Below, piece after piece: positions 24,064 to 38,500 of a DNA stretch of 64,000 bases. The stretch is from assembly GCA_900088475.1 (NCBI GenBank), contig FLMG01001956.1, positions 143,876-207,875 of the forward strand, given 5' to 3'. The DNA comes from Hyphochytrium catenoides. Taxonomy: Eukaryota > Protista > Hyphochytriomycota. Every line of letters begins with the position of its first letter. Positions within the stretch are counted from its first letter, which is position 1. The notes beneath the pieces were generated by a model, which made no database searches, was not told the origin of the DNA, and saw only the letters and a program-made list of their open reading frames with translations. The translations under genes and the position numbers were made by a program.

Positions 24064-24838
24064 TCAATCTTCGTCGCTATCCTCGTCATAGATCCCTCGT
24101 CGAATGTTTGTTTGGCACTTGCGATCACTAGATGACTCTGCCGTCTCCTCTGTAAGACTCTCAGGAACAGGGCCCTCGTAGTTAATGACCTCAAACTGCG
24201 AAATGTACCAGGCCAAGAATTGCGTGGAAAACTTGTCTGTCCCTCCTAACCTATCAAATCCAGCTATCTGATGCACTGATTGCTGATTCTTGACTAGCTG
24301 GATCGTAGGAATCATCCAAATGTTTAATCTTTCGGCAAGAAATGGCGCCTTTTCTGCGTTGATGCGGACGAACTGCGGCTTATGTCAGTGGAAGAGTTAA
24401 ACACTGATACGACAGCCAAAAGGCCCTACCCGTGTCTCCAAGTGCTCCTTAGCGAGTTTGGCTAGATGTTCGTCCACTATCCGACAGTGTGGGGTGGATG
24501 GCCTAAAGAAGTGGCAGACAAGCCTCTCGCTTTTCTTTGAGGCCTCAAAAAATTCCTTCTGGTCAGCTAGTTCGGTGTATGTCCCATGACCAAGTGCCTC
24601 CCACACTCTCTTCTTCTCAGCCTTGAAGAATCAAAAGGTTTTAGATCGACCATCAACCGATCGGCCCAGATGCACTTACTTGTTTCATTAGCTCCCTCCT
24701 TCTTCGCTCTCGGATCTTCTCAAAGTCATCCTCATCAAGATTCTCGAGCTGCTCCAGTTGACTGTCAAGCTCCGCCTCCTTCTGCCGGAGAGTCTCCAGC
24801 ATCACATTCCCCACTGCGTCAGCCACCCGCTGATCCAT
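24064..24838 (-). CDS. TXNDC9: Thioredoxin domain-containing protein 9 / phosducin-like protein 3, 3 exons
   Basis: [20 protein letters not shown]|...[28 protein letters not shown]...[17 protein letters not shown]|[24 protein letters not shown]...[13 protein letters not shown]; acidic tail DEDSDED. Confidence 0.93.
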
Positions 24839-25484
24839 CCTTCCGCTGCTGGCAAGGTGCAGTCTACTACAGGCTCTCTTCTGATAGAGATTATCCCTAA
24901 AATAGTTCTAGGCGCTTTGACTGTCAGACTCGAGCTTCGTCGCTCCAGTGCCACATTCAGAAGTCCTATATAGCGCTGAAGAGGTACAGTGCCCTGTGCA
25001 CACCATGCTACGTTGAGGAGGGCATTACAGGGCCCGCTCTTTGCTGCAGAACTGTCCTCCCTCGACCTAAAGCTTACATAGTAGTACGACGAAGTGGCGA
25101 CGAGAGGAATCGGCGTCCGCACAGATTCGAATGAAAGTTCGCGCGAACCGAGCTTAATCGCAAAGTTTCAGCATGGGATTTTTACAGAGCCGACCGTTAA
25201 CGGACGAGACCGGGTAATGAACCGGCGCGAAGGGAAAGACCTTGGAAGTGCTGCCGTGCTGCCGCTTACGTTTCCTCGATAGTCGATCGTCAGCTTTCCT
25301 TTCGTAGAGCTAAATCTATAGATCTTTTATTTACTACTAAGATAGCTACGACCTCATCCTAATGAACAAGCCCAGTCGATTTCCAAGCATCCATTAGGAC
25401 AGAGACTATTGGTTCTTAAGGTCGAGGATTGAAAAGGAAGACGTGAATCGAAAGCTGTCCATTGACACGTGAGCTGCTAGAAGG

Positions 25485-27094
25485 ATGAATAATGAAACGC
25501 TTGCCTTCGATGTGGAATGGTTTGATCCTGCTGCACAGCTGGTCAAGGAACTAACCATGTCATACTTTGAGGATGGGACTATCGAACTGGTGCGTGATGA
25601 GCCTGGCACTCAGCTCCAATCTAGCTTCTAAGCGCTTCACTACTTTTACTCTTGCAGCTTGACAAGAAGACTCGAAAGATGTTTATGAAGCGCATTCATT
25701 GCCCCGAAGTAAATCCAGTAGACCTGTATATAGGTTCCACCGTTGCCGTGTAAGCCTTGCCTCAATGTGTCCCAGCTCTAACTCAAACTGACGTTTCGTG
25801 GTAGATTTCAGCGCCAACTCAACATTGTTGGTTATGCAAATAGCGCAACTCAGCGCAAGTGCGAGAAGAGCCGACAGCATGCCCATCTTCTTGTCACTGG
25901 CAGGGCATACAATCTCATTGGGAAGGCATGCATCTCAATTTAATCAATTTAAATATTTAGCACTTACCTATGTGTGCAAGCAGGTGCTCGGTGAAGTGCA
26001 GAAGGCGGGCATTGCCGTTAATGAGCTCAAGATGATCCGCTTCGATCAAAAGTCCCTGAGCGGGCTTGAGTCATCTGGAGCGTCCTTTACAAGGTGATCA
26101 CTTTGAGTCATAGGCCTAGTTACTTGAGTCATAACGTCCCACCTCTTGCCAGTTCGATGAAGAGGGATCTGCTGGCTGAAGTTGCTGTCTCCATTAACCT
26201 TGTTTTGACTGACGAGAAGTCTCGCCAAGCTTCAGGTAGGTAGGGCGATCTAATGAAGCCTGGACCACGGTGCGACTAAGCGATATGACAGAAGCAATTG
26301 ATAAGAAGTTTGCCGAGGAAGAAGCTATTTACGTCAGCTTCGGCCAGCAGGCGGCCAAGGTGAACCTGATCTCTATTTCGATAACTCTACCATACAAACA
26401 GCCATTTTTTACTGGTTGCCACTGCCTCAACAGGAGGTTTCATTTATCTTCAAAGAAGCTCATTTTGGAACAACCGCTTGCTTTGACAACGCCACGCTGT
26501 GTATTATACGTCCTTACGTCATCAAGGAAGGTAAGTCAACCGGTTTTACGATGTCAATACCTTGTTGACGACGATTCGCAATGCTAGGAATGGCTGGACA
26601 GGTAATAGATTCAATTCTCCAAGCTGGTTTTGAAGTTTCAGCCCTCCAGCTATTCCGTTTGGATAGAAGACAAATAGAAGAGTTCTATGACGTTTACAGA
26701 GGCGTGATTCCACACTACGAGGTAACTGTCTACACTGCCTTTGTTGCCATTGGCACCCTCTCTGACTGGGTTGCCCCCACCATCCCAGGAGGTCTTGTCA
26801 GACTTCATCTCAGGCCCCTGTATAGCCATGGAAATTCGTGGACCGAACGTCGTTGAACATTTTCGAGAATGGTGTGGCCCTCATGACCCGGCAATTGCTG
26901 AGGTATGGCGCAGCCATAAGATTGCCCATGATTGGACTGTGCCTCTGAAACTTATATAACCCTAGGTTCTGCAACCACACTGCATTAGAGCTAAGTATGG
27001 GAAGAGCTTGACCAAGAGTCCAGTACACGCCACAGATCTTCCTGAGGATGGCCTTCTCGAATGCAAGTACTTCTTCAAGGTGCTCCAAAGCTAG
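25485..27094 (+). CDS. NME7: Nucleoside diphosphate kinase 7 (DM10 + two NDK-like domains), multi-exon
   Basis: DM10: FDVEWFDPAAQLVK...YFEDGTIEL|LDKKTRKMFMKR...DLYIGSTV.V|FQRQLNIVGYAN; NDK-B: TLCIIRP, EEFYDVYRGV, SGPCIAMEI, FREWCGPHDP, IRAKYG...VHATDLPEDGLLECKYFF. Confidence 0.93.
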
Positions 27095-27237
27095 ACAATC
27101 AAATTCACCGTCGGGAGCAGAATTCGTAGTAGATTAACGACTGACTGCCGGACGTGCCTAAGCGCACAGCATTCACCTTAGCACCATAACCACACTCCGG
27201 CCCGTCAGAATAACTTAAGGCGGCTGAAGTTTTCTTA

Positions 27238-28770
27238 CTAGTATGGCTTCGTACTTCTCCTAGCAGACTTCATGCCTCCTACGTCCCTCTCTGCGCTAGC
27301 TCTGATAGTATGCTTGACGTTAAGGTTGCCCTCATATCGCTGATTGGACCAGAAACAAATCCTGGAGTCCTCGCCGCCAGTGATAATCTGACTATTGTCC
27401 CACGATATCGTGCGCACGCACGCTTTGTGTCCTCCACCTAATACTCCCAAAGGTCTGAACTCTTTGTTTTTGACAACTTCTAGCTGGTAGACGTGTCCAG
27501 AGTGATTACCAGCAATGAGATAGAGTTTCGACGTGACTGGGTCGTACTTGCAGTCTATTAAGTAATCCACCTGGGCCTAGACATCAAGCGTTAAATGTTC
27601 CAGAGTCAGCACCTCAAGACAATCTTCGTAACGGACGGTAGCAAAAGCATAGTAGCACAGAAAGGATAAGACGCCAGTATGATATAAATAACCAGCAAGC
27701 ATAGTGGCCAGATGCAACGAATGAAACGAGACAAGAGGCCACTGAGAATCACCTGCAATTGGCACAGGTCCTGTCGCGGATTCTGGAAATCCCCTAACCT
27801 CTCTGCCTCTTGGAGATTCCAGAGGCTCATAGTCTCGGTGCCTGTAAGGATGGCAATATTCTGCAAACCTAGGGTCAGATTCAGTGGCTGAGCTCATCCG
27901 AAGTCCAATCATCCCCACCTCCATCTGCTTGCCAAAGAGCTCTATTTTGCGTATTGAGCTCTCCGCATTAACGATAGCCTTCACAGCGTCATCCTCGTCG
28001 CTTATCGAGCAGTCAAACACGCACACGACGCCGTCTTCTGAAGCAGTTATGAGATGATCATTCTGCAAAGGATGGAATCTCACTGTCGTGATAGCGTCCG
28101 CGTGCGATTCGCCATATTCTCCAAGCTGTTGAGGAGGGAATAAATGGTTAGTGCTAACAGTCTGCACCGCTAGCTACCTAGGGGGATGTCGGCACCTTTT
28201 TTCCATTTCTTATATCGTAGAATTGAGCGGCATCGTTTAGGCCCAGGGCTATCAGATTCTCCCCGCATCCAAAATCTGCACTCCAGACTTCAGAAGGAGC
28301 TCGGAAAATTTTTGAGGAAGATCCTGAAGTCGATGCGACTCTAGTGTCCCAGAGGTGGGCTGTCCGATCACTCGAACAGCTTAGTAAAAGGTTGGGCTGA
28401 AGAGATGAAAACTTGATTTCATTTATGGTGTCAGAGTGCCCTGTGATCTACCCAGAAGTCAGTCAGGGCGGTGCTTCCAAGAGTTGTTATGCTCCTACCT
28501 TGGTTATCAAGTCAGTCCTTTTTGGATCATAAATATTGATATAATGACAGGAGAGAGAGCACGCTAGCTGCGTGCCATCGACATTTAATTTGCTACCATG
28601 AAGGCCCACTTAGTCAATGGAGCAGGACACTTTCACTGGAGGGCTTACCATTGAAAGACGTAATCATAGTCATGGTCTTCTTCTATAGTCAAATCGCTAC
28701 TTGCAGCAACGGCAGCCACGACTATACCGTTGAGATGGTATGGCGGCTGGATAATGGGAGACGAAGCCAT
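27238..28770 (-). CDS. WDR89: WD repeat-containing protein 89, multi-exon
   Basis: LGEYGESHADAITTVRFHP...LITASEDGVVCVFD...DEDDA, DYLIDC, GGHKACVR...IITGGEDSRICFW. Start ATG 28770 (MASSPIIQPP...) is inferred. Confidence 0.85.
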
Positions 28771-29524
28771 ACTCTGCAAGAACTTAGTCGCCCAAACCCT
28801 TCGCCAGGTTGATGGGCAACTCCACTCTCACCTCTCCGGAACCAGTATCATGCCGAGAAGAAGATCTGCATCGGGCAGACAGGGGCACACATACAGAGTA
28901 GCGTCCAGTCTTCGTAAGTCAGAGCGATGAAAATCTGCACCTCCAAAAGGGCAGAGCTTCGGAGTTCTGATGGTGGTCAGAAGTCAGGCAGCGGCAACCT
29001 TGATAGTTATTAGTTAGAGGATGCTGCCTGGTAAGGTCGCCATTGGGTGGCTCTAAGGCTATCCTTAGCTTCAAAACCTCTACCATTTTGCCCTCAAGCT
29101 TCAGTCCAAGCCTTATGATCTAGGTATAAATTCTTCTCTAACCTAATATTGTCGCTTTGCGAGTCAACACACAGGGAACGTACAGGTGAGAACGACGGCG
29201 TACAGGTAGACGACAAGCAGTCCGGATGGGAATGACAAGGCAACGAAACGACACTTTTGCCCTTTGGTCCCGGTGTTCAAGGCTCCTGGCTCGACTTGGA
29301 TGATCGTTTGGACGCGCCACAGGAGAGGCAGAGTTATGGGCGCGATACGCAGCGTCGATCTCAGAGCTGCGTCCGGTACTGAGCGACAGCGATCTTCCTT
29401 CTGTCCTTTGAACTTTTGCTTAGAGCATAATCACGCTAGGCCAACCTGTGCAGAGAGGCAGAATGTTCGGTATCAGGTCATCATTAGCTTCGTAGAGCGG
29501 GAGCGGATCTGACCATACTCACCA

Positions 29525-32500
29525 ATGGAAAAGCCAAAAATGGAGATCTCCACAGCGCTGATACTCTTCAGTACTAGTGTGGTGGTGATCCCTTTCCTCC
29601 TCACAAAGGTACCTGCCCGCCCTGCAGTAGCCATAGAGTGGGAGTAAGGAGATGATCGCCTACGTGAACTGCTTACCTGTCTTCCTATTCTTCCCTCAGG
29701 CTGTCGAGTGGCTTATCCGGAAGGTCTTGTGCGCCGGACTTAACTGTAAGCTAGGCATGCATTTATCGTCGTGAACTCTTAAAGTATATGTCTAACCGTT
29801 AGCTGGGTAGATGCTATTGCTGGAACTACGTCTGGGGACGGAGATAGCCGGATAACCGTAGCACGAGTGCACATTTCCTTACGGCGCGTTCTGCAGTGCT
29901 TGATCGTTGAGCGGACCTTGAATGGACTGCTATCTGTCACCGTCTATGGTCCTTGTCTGCGTTACACAGTGGACGTAGGAACGGCCCTCAAGGCAGTAAA
30001 AGAGAGCCGCTTGCCAGTTGAAGAGGTGAATCAGGATGGAGACGGGACACATGCTTTGATCCGAGTACTTGGAGAGTCCCGCTTCTGGTTGTTACTGCGT
30101 GCGCTGGAGATTTTCCAGATTTCTCTTGTAGACTGCTTTNNNNNNNNNNNNNNNNNNNNNNNNNNNNNNNNNNNNNNNNNNNNNNNNNNNNNNNNNNNNN
30201 NNNNNNNNNNNNNNNNNNNNNNNNNNNNNNNNNNNNNNNNNNNNNNNNNNNNNNNNNNNNNNNNNNNAAGAATTGTAGCTCGTGTCTGCCGACGAGGAGA
30301 GGGACTCCTCAGCCTCTCTGAAGGGGCTCTCGATGTGAAGATGCGAGATGTCGCTCTGACGACCACTTTCAGGTATCGCGTCCTGGATTAAATCTGGACA
30401 TTTGTTTCCTCCGTCAGCTGTTTTGGCCGTCTGTCTTACTCTAAACCACGGGTGGGATGGTGAGACGAGGTTCCGCCTTGTCCTTCAACACTTTTCCTTT
30501 GGTAGCTCGTCCGCCTTATTACAAGATGTCTGGCTTCTGTACTCTCTTACGGGTGCAATCCTCATCAATGACTCTACTTATTGTCGCTATCGCCAGGAGA
30601 ATTGATATGGATAGAGCAGACAACGACCCGGATGTCCCTTTAGTGCTGGACTGTGATCTTAGGCTGCACCACCTGGCATGTACTTTCGAACGGACTAAAG
30701 TAGAGAGCTTGGTCGGCCTTTTGCATGACCACAAAGTAACTCTCCTCCAAATCGTTGACCGTCCTATGGCCGGAACGAGGTCGCCCGACGCGAGCGTCCC
30801 TGGTATACCTCTCCGTGTAGCTGTAAGGGTCGAATCATCCGTCGCTCTTTCAATTCAGTTGGGAGACATAAGTCCTGGACCGTCCTCTATTGCCCTGGTG
30901 GTATCAAAAGTCAACGGAGAGATCATTTCTCCTAGAGATAGGTGTTCCACCTATAGTGGTACTGACAGTCTGCTTACTTCCGAGGGTATCCAAGGCGACT
31001 TCAGGGCAGGGTCTTCCTGGCTGGAACTGTGTGGCGCCAGTAACAGACGACAGAAGGTGGTCAAAGTTGAAGAACTAAGGTTTAAAGCATCCGCTGCTGC
31101 ACCCCAGCAGCTCGAGCAGCCTGAAATGCCACGGCCACAGCAAATAATGGCGGAAGTGACAAGCCCTAACTTGGTCTTTGATAATGAGCTAGTCAAAGTT
31201 CTTCTCTTAATTAAAGAGGTTGGAAGGGACATCCAAAAACGCTGGGGCCCCCATACCTCACAGATGCCCGTCACATTGTTGGTGGAGGAAGGACATCCAA
31301 ACAAGCGTAGAAACTCAAACATTGGCATCAACTTGGCCTGTAAACTCCGAATCACTGACCTGTCACTAAACGTGATTCCTGAGGCGGCCTCATGTAACTT
31401 CTGCCCTGACGGGGTACAACATTCTTTCGGCATAAATCTTGAGGAAGTAAATGCTAGGTTAGACTACCGCGCTCACCCAGAGAACACAGAGGACTTTACA
31501 GGTTAGCCATAATACGGAGGCCATTTTACCTCTTGCCGTGAGCATGCTCACAACTTCTCGATTGATTTGCCAGTTTTGTACTGAACTTACATTTCCGTAG
31601 ATGACACTCCCCGCCCCGCGGATGCCAGAGACACTCCTTGTTTGAATGTGTTAAGGGTGAAAGGAATGGCCGAAATCACTAATGTTCGCGGGGAGATTTA
31701 TAGGGGAACCAAATCTGAAAAGTGAGTCCTACGGCGACCTCTTTCTAAATTATGCTAACCTCGTCTTACTATGTGCAACCTCTTCCCCCATGGTGTAGGT
31801 TCTTGACCTTGCAGTCCGCCCAAGTCTCTACAGAATACAGATGCTCTCAAACCCCACCATTAAGAGTCAACGTCTTTGGAGACACCGTACGGCTTGAATG
31901 GTCTCACCAACTTTTCGCCAGCCTTGGTGCGTCTTATGCAACTGCAAGGAAGTTGCTCGGTCTTCCTCCTCCTAATAAGCATACGCACACCGGAGATATC
32001 GGGAAGAATCCTCCCCATCAGGACGGAGCATGGTTCTGTGGCTTCGACCTCCCAGCTGTTAGAAGCATTCAAGGTGTCCTGGATCTTCTATCAAAGATAC
32101 AAAGAGAGAACATAGACGTACAGAAAGAACAGATCCCACCTGGAATTCTAAGCCTTAGTCCGGGGTTTCTACACATGAAGCTGAAGAATGTTTTGGCCGC
32201 TTTCCCTTATAATCTAGAGCTGGGAGATTCGCCTCATCTCCTTGACATCATTTCCACGGAGAAGGTATCCCTTATGTCGGCCTTGGGCACAGATTGGCTG
32301 CTCTTTTCCTTGAGAAGAGTAAAGGCGTTTCACACTCTAAAAGCTCCAGGCAGTCCCGGCCGAAGTAGTAGCGGACCTCTGACACCCAGAGTCAAAGGAT
32401 TGACCCAGCAAGGTGCGAGACAAAGAGTTCCATGCGATTCGGGCTTGAGACCAATTAAGGTCCAGCCAAGAGATTTACATATTAGTTCATTTTTTCTCAA

Positions 32501-35500
32501 AAGCTTTTGCTGTATCTGTGGTACTTAGGTTGAAAGCTCATGCATTACTGGTTCTTGGCCGCAAATCTATTTTACTTTAGGTCTCCTTGGCGCTCAGATT
32601 CCGTTCCTAACACTGGAGTCTTTTGGCATTGAGCAACGGCCAGTAGAAGGCAGTAGAGAATGCGTAATAGATATCCTAGGAAACGGTGTTAGGGGCTCCT
32701 GGGATCCACGGCTGCAGCTCGCGTTGATGAAAATCGTGAAAAATGTGACGTTCTCCGTCTGGGATATGCTCTTCCACATCTTTAGAGCCAACTATTCCTG
32801 GTAAGTAGGGCACAGGGTCGGTAACCATAAGAGTCTCACTGAGTCTTTCATAGCTCCTACCCTCAGGGAGAGTTCAGAGGAGTGAACCGACCGTACGATG
32901 ACGAGGAAGAATTGCAACGGTACGAAGCCCTATGCAAATCCCGGCTTAGCGCCAGTGGTGACCAGCTCCATCGCCTCCTCATCACAGATATTAAGGTAAA
33001 AGGAGAACGTCTATGAAGTTGTGGACTAGCCTCGATGCTTCGCAGTATGTGCGTTCGGGTTTGTGTTCGTTGCTTCTTCCCATTTTGATGTACAAAGTAG
33101 CATGGGCTCTCTTTTTACTATTGGTCTATCCGTCTGATCTCATGACCGTTGAAGAGCGTGACTTCAAACTATTCTTCGATGTTATGGACTCCACGTCCAT
33201 TGCGCCTCATCCCCCAACCCTTAACCCTTCTTTTTCAAGATGTATGTCGGACTGACACAGAGAACCTTCCTGTGGCTCCTTTAGGTGGACATGCACATAA
33301 ACTCCTCTACCATCCTGGATCTTTCTATTGGAAGTTTTGGGGGCGATGACCTACCAGAGCTCTGGCGCTTTGGGGATATATCGTTGGGGATCAACCAGAC
33401 TCCGCTTCTCAGTGTAGAAAAGGTGGAAGTAGTGCACACCCTGGCCTTGGGATTGATAGAGGCAAAGAATCAGCCCCCACCGACAAGGCAAACCGGAGTT
33501 GAGGAAGCCGAGAGAATTGAAAATAGAAAATTCGAGTACATGCAGCCAGCAGAACCGGCTCAGGATGAAGCGCAGAGAAAGCCTCTTGTCTTTGGTGAAT
33601 GGGGCCTGGCGCTTAGAAGAAGATTGGTTAGTCCACCTTTTGGCAGAACTGTGCATGCACGGCTCTATCTTCTCATGTCAATATGAAGCCTCAGTCCTAA
33701 CTGGTCCTTAGCTTACAAAGGTGTTCTAGTCTTTAGTAACATATTGACTCTTCCTCGTTTGCCTTTCGCTAGCGGGCGGTGGCGAAGAAGAAGGACCTCC
33801 CTGCTCCCACTCTGTCTGCTGAAGGCTTTCTAATAGATGCGGAATGTATTCACGTACAAGTGGCCTACAATCTTCACATTGGAAAGGCTATTGACGGCAT
33901 CCTGCTGCACATTCTCGCTCTCTTTAGGTCCATCATCAGACTACCAGGTACGGTACGGAGTGCTGAAAAGACAGACTAGTGGAGATTGACTTTGGCAGTG
34001 GGCCACTCTCCCAACGTTTTTGGTCTTTCTGAGCTGGCTCTCCATATTCGCTTTCATAAGTTCACCTTATTAGATTTTTCCTGTACACATCTCTCTCTTT
34101 CCTCTATATATTTCCTACTTTGGATATTCATACCGGCTCTATGGGCCTCCTGACGGTCTTAACTCTTCTGTTTTCGCACTACAATCAGGACTTCCACCTC
34201 CTTGCTTCTCTTATATGATACCTCCATCTCCCATTGCATTCTAGGCAATTTCCAGCCTGACTCCGAAGAGTTTTTCAAGTACTTCGTCCGCTACCCTGGT
34301 CCTGGCCTTGAGAGGCCTCTTTTGTGGTGAGTCGTTGGGCTTTTGTATGCAGCTGTGCTCTGACTTGGCAGCTGGATTCTTGCTTGCCCGAAATCGATAC
34401 TTTACCTATGCCAGGTTGAGGCTTCATGATCTTCAGTTCTCTCTGGAAGACGATCCAATGGAGTCCTGGTTAGAGCGGATGTACCCATTGTGGGTTGACG
34501 AGCTAGAGGAAAGAGCATTAAGACAGGCAAGCACTAGATATCACGACGGAAACAGAAGACGAGGCGGTCATGACATGGCGGCACTGGGTCCGCAGCCTAA
34601 CTCTCTGAGTTCATTCAGGAAATCTTCAGGAGGAAGTGTGAAGGTTTGCAAAAGTTCGACGCGGATACGGCCGCAGTGCTCGAACAGGCCGACACCCAGC
34701 GTTATATTGACGAAGCTAATGCCACTGTCTACACCCAACGGGTCAAGCAAATGGTGAGCTTTTCAGAATCTAGATCCCGCCGCGAATTGATTGAATGTGA
34801 CTGGTGAATGGTTCTGCGTCTATCCCTACCTAAAAACTGAGCTTCACCGTAATAACCCTTGAGTACTGAAATAGGAATCAAGCGAGAACCTTACCACCAA
34901 GGGCATCCAAGGACGTACACTGAACGAGTCCGCTCGTTCTAACCTCTTTAAGCTATCAATCTCAAAGCTAGAAGTGGATGTCACCCTCTCTCAGGACTAT
35001 GAAAGAAACTTCCTCTTGCTGCGTGAGCTAGATGAGTTTGACATCATGCAACTTGTCCATCTCTATAAAGAGGAAGACGACGCCAATCAAGCAAAGGAAG
35101 AGGTAGAATGGAATCCGGAGTTTAGCTTTCTTTCAGGTAGGTGGGGGCCGTGATAGAAAGGAAGAGAAGCACCCCTGGGTTACAACTGGCATCATGACTT
35201 CCTTATCCTTAGGCCTTGAAGTAGACCTCAGGCTCGAAAATGCAGAAGCGAACATTCGGCGATTTCCTCTTCCTTTGGTGTCGGTAGAAAAAGCACAACT
35301 GAAAGGTATGTGACGGTTGGGAAGACAATCGTGTGATAAAGCGATTTTGAACATCGTCTACGGCCTCGTGTCTGGGCAAGACTCAAGTCTCCAAACTCGA
35401 GTCCCTCCTCGGTCCGACTATAGGCACCCTAAATTTTAAAAACCTTAGAGTGCACTAATCTCGCTAACTGGCCTTTGCCCTCAGTTGAGACCGTCCTAAT

Positions 35501-38500
35501 GCAGACAACGGCAACTGAGACTTTTTGTGAGATTCATCTAATCGTTGTCGACGAAGGAGTGTCTGAGGAACTTACCACAGCACTCGTGCCNNNNNNNNNN
35601 NNNNNNNNNNNNNNNNNNNNNNNNNNNNNNNNNNNNNNNNNNNNNNNNNATAACAGGGAAATAGCGCATTTATTTTCATCTCGGTCAGAAGTTTAGTGAT
35701 GACGACTAGCCATATCGAGGGAGTACTGTCGGTCGCTGGAAGGACACGAGGAGGAAAAGGAGGTGATAGGTGGCTTGATGCCACGAGTGCATCACAGTTC
35801 TTCCATTTCTACCCTAACATCCTCTTTAGGTATATTTGCGAACAAGTGGAGACGTCGAATCGTTGTTTTTTAGCTACTCTCCCCAGTATGAGTACGCACT
35901 TGAAGAGATTGCAGTCTCAATCACAAGAATGTTACCAAAAGCTGTTGCAGCGGACCTCGTCCTCAGCAACCTTACAAGCCAGGTCCTCAAACCTTCACTC
36001 AAAGTACCGCCATCGCACCTACAACTGTCTACATTTCCGCCATGTTCATAATTAGCATTAATAACGGTCGTCATTTTTCTCCTAATATCTCTTGTCTGCT
36101 GCTTCCATTCAGTCTGACACTACTTCGTCTGCAAGTTCCGTTCAGAAACAATCTACCCCTCGTTTTACGTCCGTCTAACCCTGCTACTCTTGCCTTACCC
36201 TGTGCTATGTACTTATTGCTTTTTTGAAAGGATGTTCAATGGTGGGATATTCTGCGGCAGACATTTCACGGCTCTTTCGGGTTTAGAGCTCGCAATAGCA
36301 CCATCCAGCTTCTCTTGACGAGTAACACTTACGATGTGTCAGGTGAGTCATAAGAGGTCTGGAAGAAGCGGACACGAGTTCTACTGGGGTAAAGATAGTT
36401 GTATTTCCAGGAGCCTAAGGAGTTGAGTGACAAACCACACATTAAGGAAGGGAGGTATACGAAGACAGAGAGAGAAAAAGATCTGTGGGAGCGTTTGCGT
36501 ACTCAGCAAGTTATATCCTCATCCATTGCTCCCACAGTTACGCTTGTAAACCTCACTGGCGCTATCCCTCGGTACGCCGCTAATCACATATTGTCGTCCA
36601 CAGAATGTCTTCAGATCAGTGTTGGGGCCACTGAACTCTATGCGGAAAACGGAAGAATTGATATCGAGGCCACAGACGCCAGTTGCACTCATGTTCCCCA
36701 TCCACCTCAGTTTTCTAACCTGATTGAAGTTCCAAGGTGGAGTTGATCACGAAGTGTTGATAGGGCTAGAAGGCACACTGCGGTGCCCGTCGATGCTGTT
36801 CTGCTTCCTATCTAATCTAACATCTACTCCCGTCCCCCTGCGCAATGGCCACGACTAATCTTCCTTGACCTCCCTTGAGCTGAATACACTAATACCTAAC
36901 GAACTGTCCCGCTGGTGCAGAGTGCGGCTATCAACTCGGGTTATATGGCAGTGCTTAGGAGATAGCAATAATCACTATGTCTTCCCTGTGAAGTTCCTCT
37001 CAGTGTCTTCCCGGTCGTCATTGTCAAACATCCTCACGACAAGGGTGACCTTAGGGAAGCGTCTGAAAGAATTCAAATCTAGGGGTTGGATACTAGACGT
37101 ACACTTCCTATTGTTACCTTCCCACGCTGATTCAGGTAAGCTTAACCCTTCCTTCCTCTTGCCGGAGTCTAAGTTTGCTTAAAAACTGTCAGTTATTCTA
37201 CTAGATGTGGTTCTCCGCCTTGGCTACATACCTTTCACTGCCGCACTCTGATTGCAGGCCATAAACCAACCTTGTCACGGTCGTCAATAGTATTTTATGG
37301 GACAAGCCTTCAATGGCTCCTGCGCTTCGTCAACTCTTACCAGCGAATTCCTCCATTTGCTTTCCCTAAAAAACGGAGTAGCGTGAATAAGGACAAACCT
37401 GGAAGAAGAAATAGGTTACTTGAGGAGATGAAGGGCATTAGGCTCTCGAACATAGGTAGGCAACTGATTGGGCTTACTGTGGAGGAGCGAGTTTTGGATC
37501 CATCCATTATATATTTTTTAGATGATACCTACCAGCCAAAGACCATTAAATTCGTCCTAGCGCGGCGAGTACTGATCACTACTTTCCAGGCTTACAGGGT
37601 TTGGATGTAATCCTCCTTGACCACGCGGAGAGCTCTCTGGGCCTTCGGTTGAGCGTCGACGGTGGCGTCTCTTTTCAGGGTTCCTTTGTCGAGGAGAAGG
37701 GCGGAAGTGATCTCTTCGCTTCTAGGTCATTGAGAGTCGTAGACATACCTGGTGAGCATATACGTCTCTCTCCTCGATCACTGGACTTTCTGATCACCAA
37801 CACTTTCTATAGGAAGAAGGATCTGGGCAATGCAAAATGCGTCTCTAGTTTTAGACTCCATACGTTCCAGCATCGTGGGGAGAAAGTCTGGCCCCGCCTA
37901 TGGTGACCTTCTCTCGTGCTCAAAGATCATTTTTCAACAAGATTCAGGTAAAAAGTAGGCATGTGAGGGGCGATTGAAGAGGTCACTAAGGTCTTATTTG
38001 AGGAAAGAGACGGTCAGACATGTTCTTCTCCTTCACTCGCCATCCAGTTGGTTCGGAGGGCGCCTTGCTGAGGGTTTTCGTTCCTTAGCCCTCGCCGCCG
38101 TTGGGGCCACTCTCTTAAGATCCTCTGCTGGGGTCTTTTGGGAAAGCTCACTCTCCCGCTCCTTCTTTCAGTCTGCACTTCAGGCGACCGGTTTCTTCGG
38201 TCAGATGTATCAGCTTTCGGTCACTTCGATCGCTGTGACTGGTCACAGCACAAAGACATAGCAAGTATTGTAAAGGGAAAGCAAGAAGGTTTGGTACGTG
38301 GCCGCACATAACTCTTGATAGCTTGCTTTTCCTGTCTGTGACAGTTTGCTTTTGCAGACGAGCTCAAACAGAAGTAAAAGAGGGGCTTCTTCTCCCGTTA
38401 AGGCAAATTTGCTCTCACTCTTTGAGATTGATCACGTTCGGTCGTTTGATAAGGTAAGGTGGTCGGGCATTGCCAATTAAGGTTCCCTCTGCCCTCCTGG

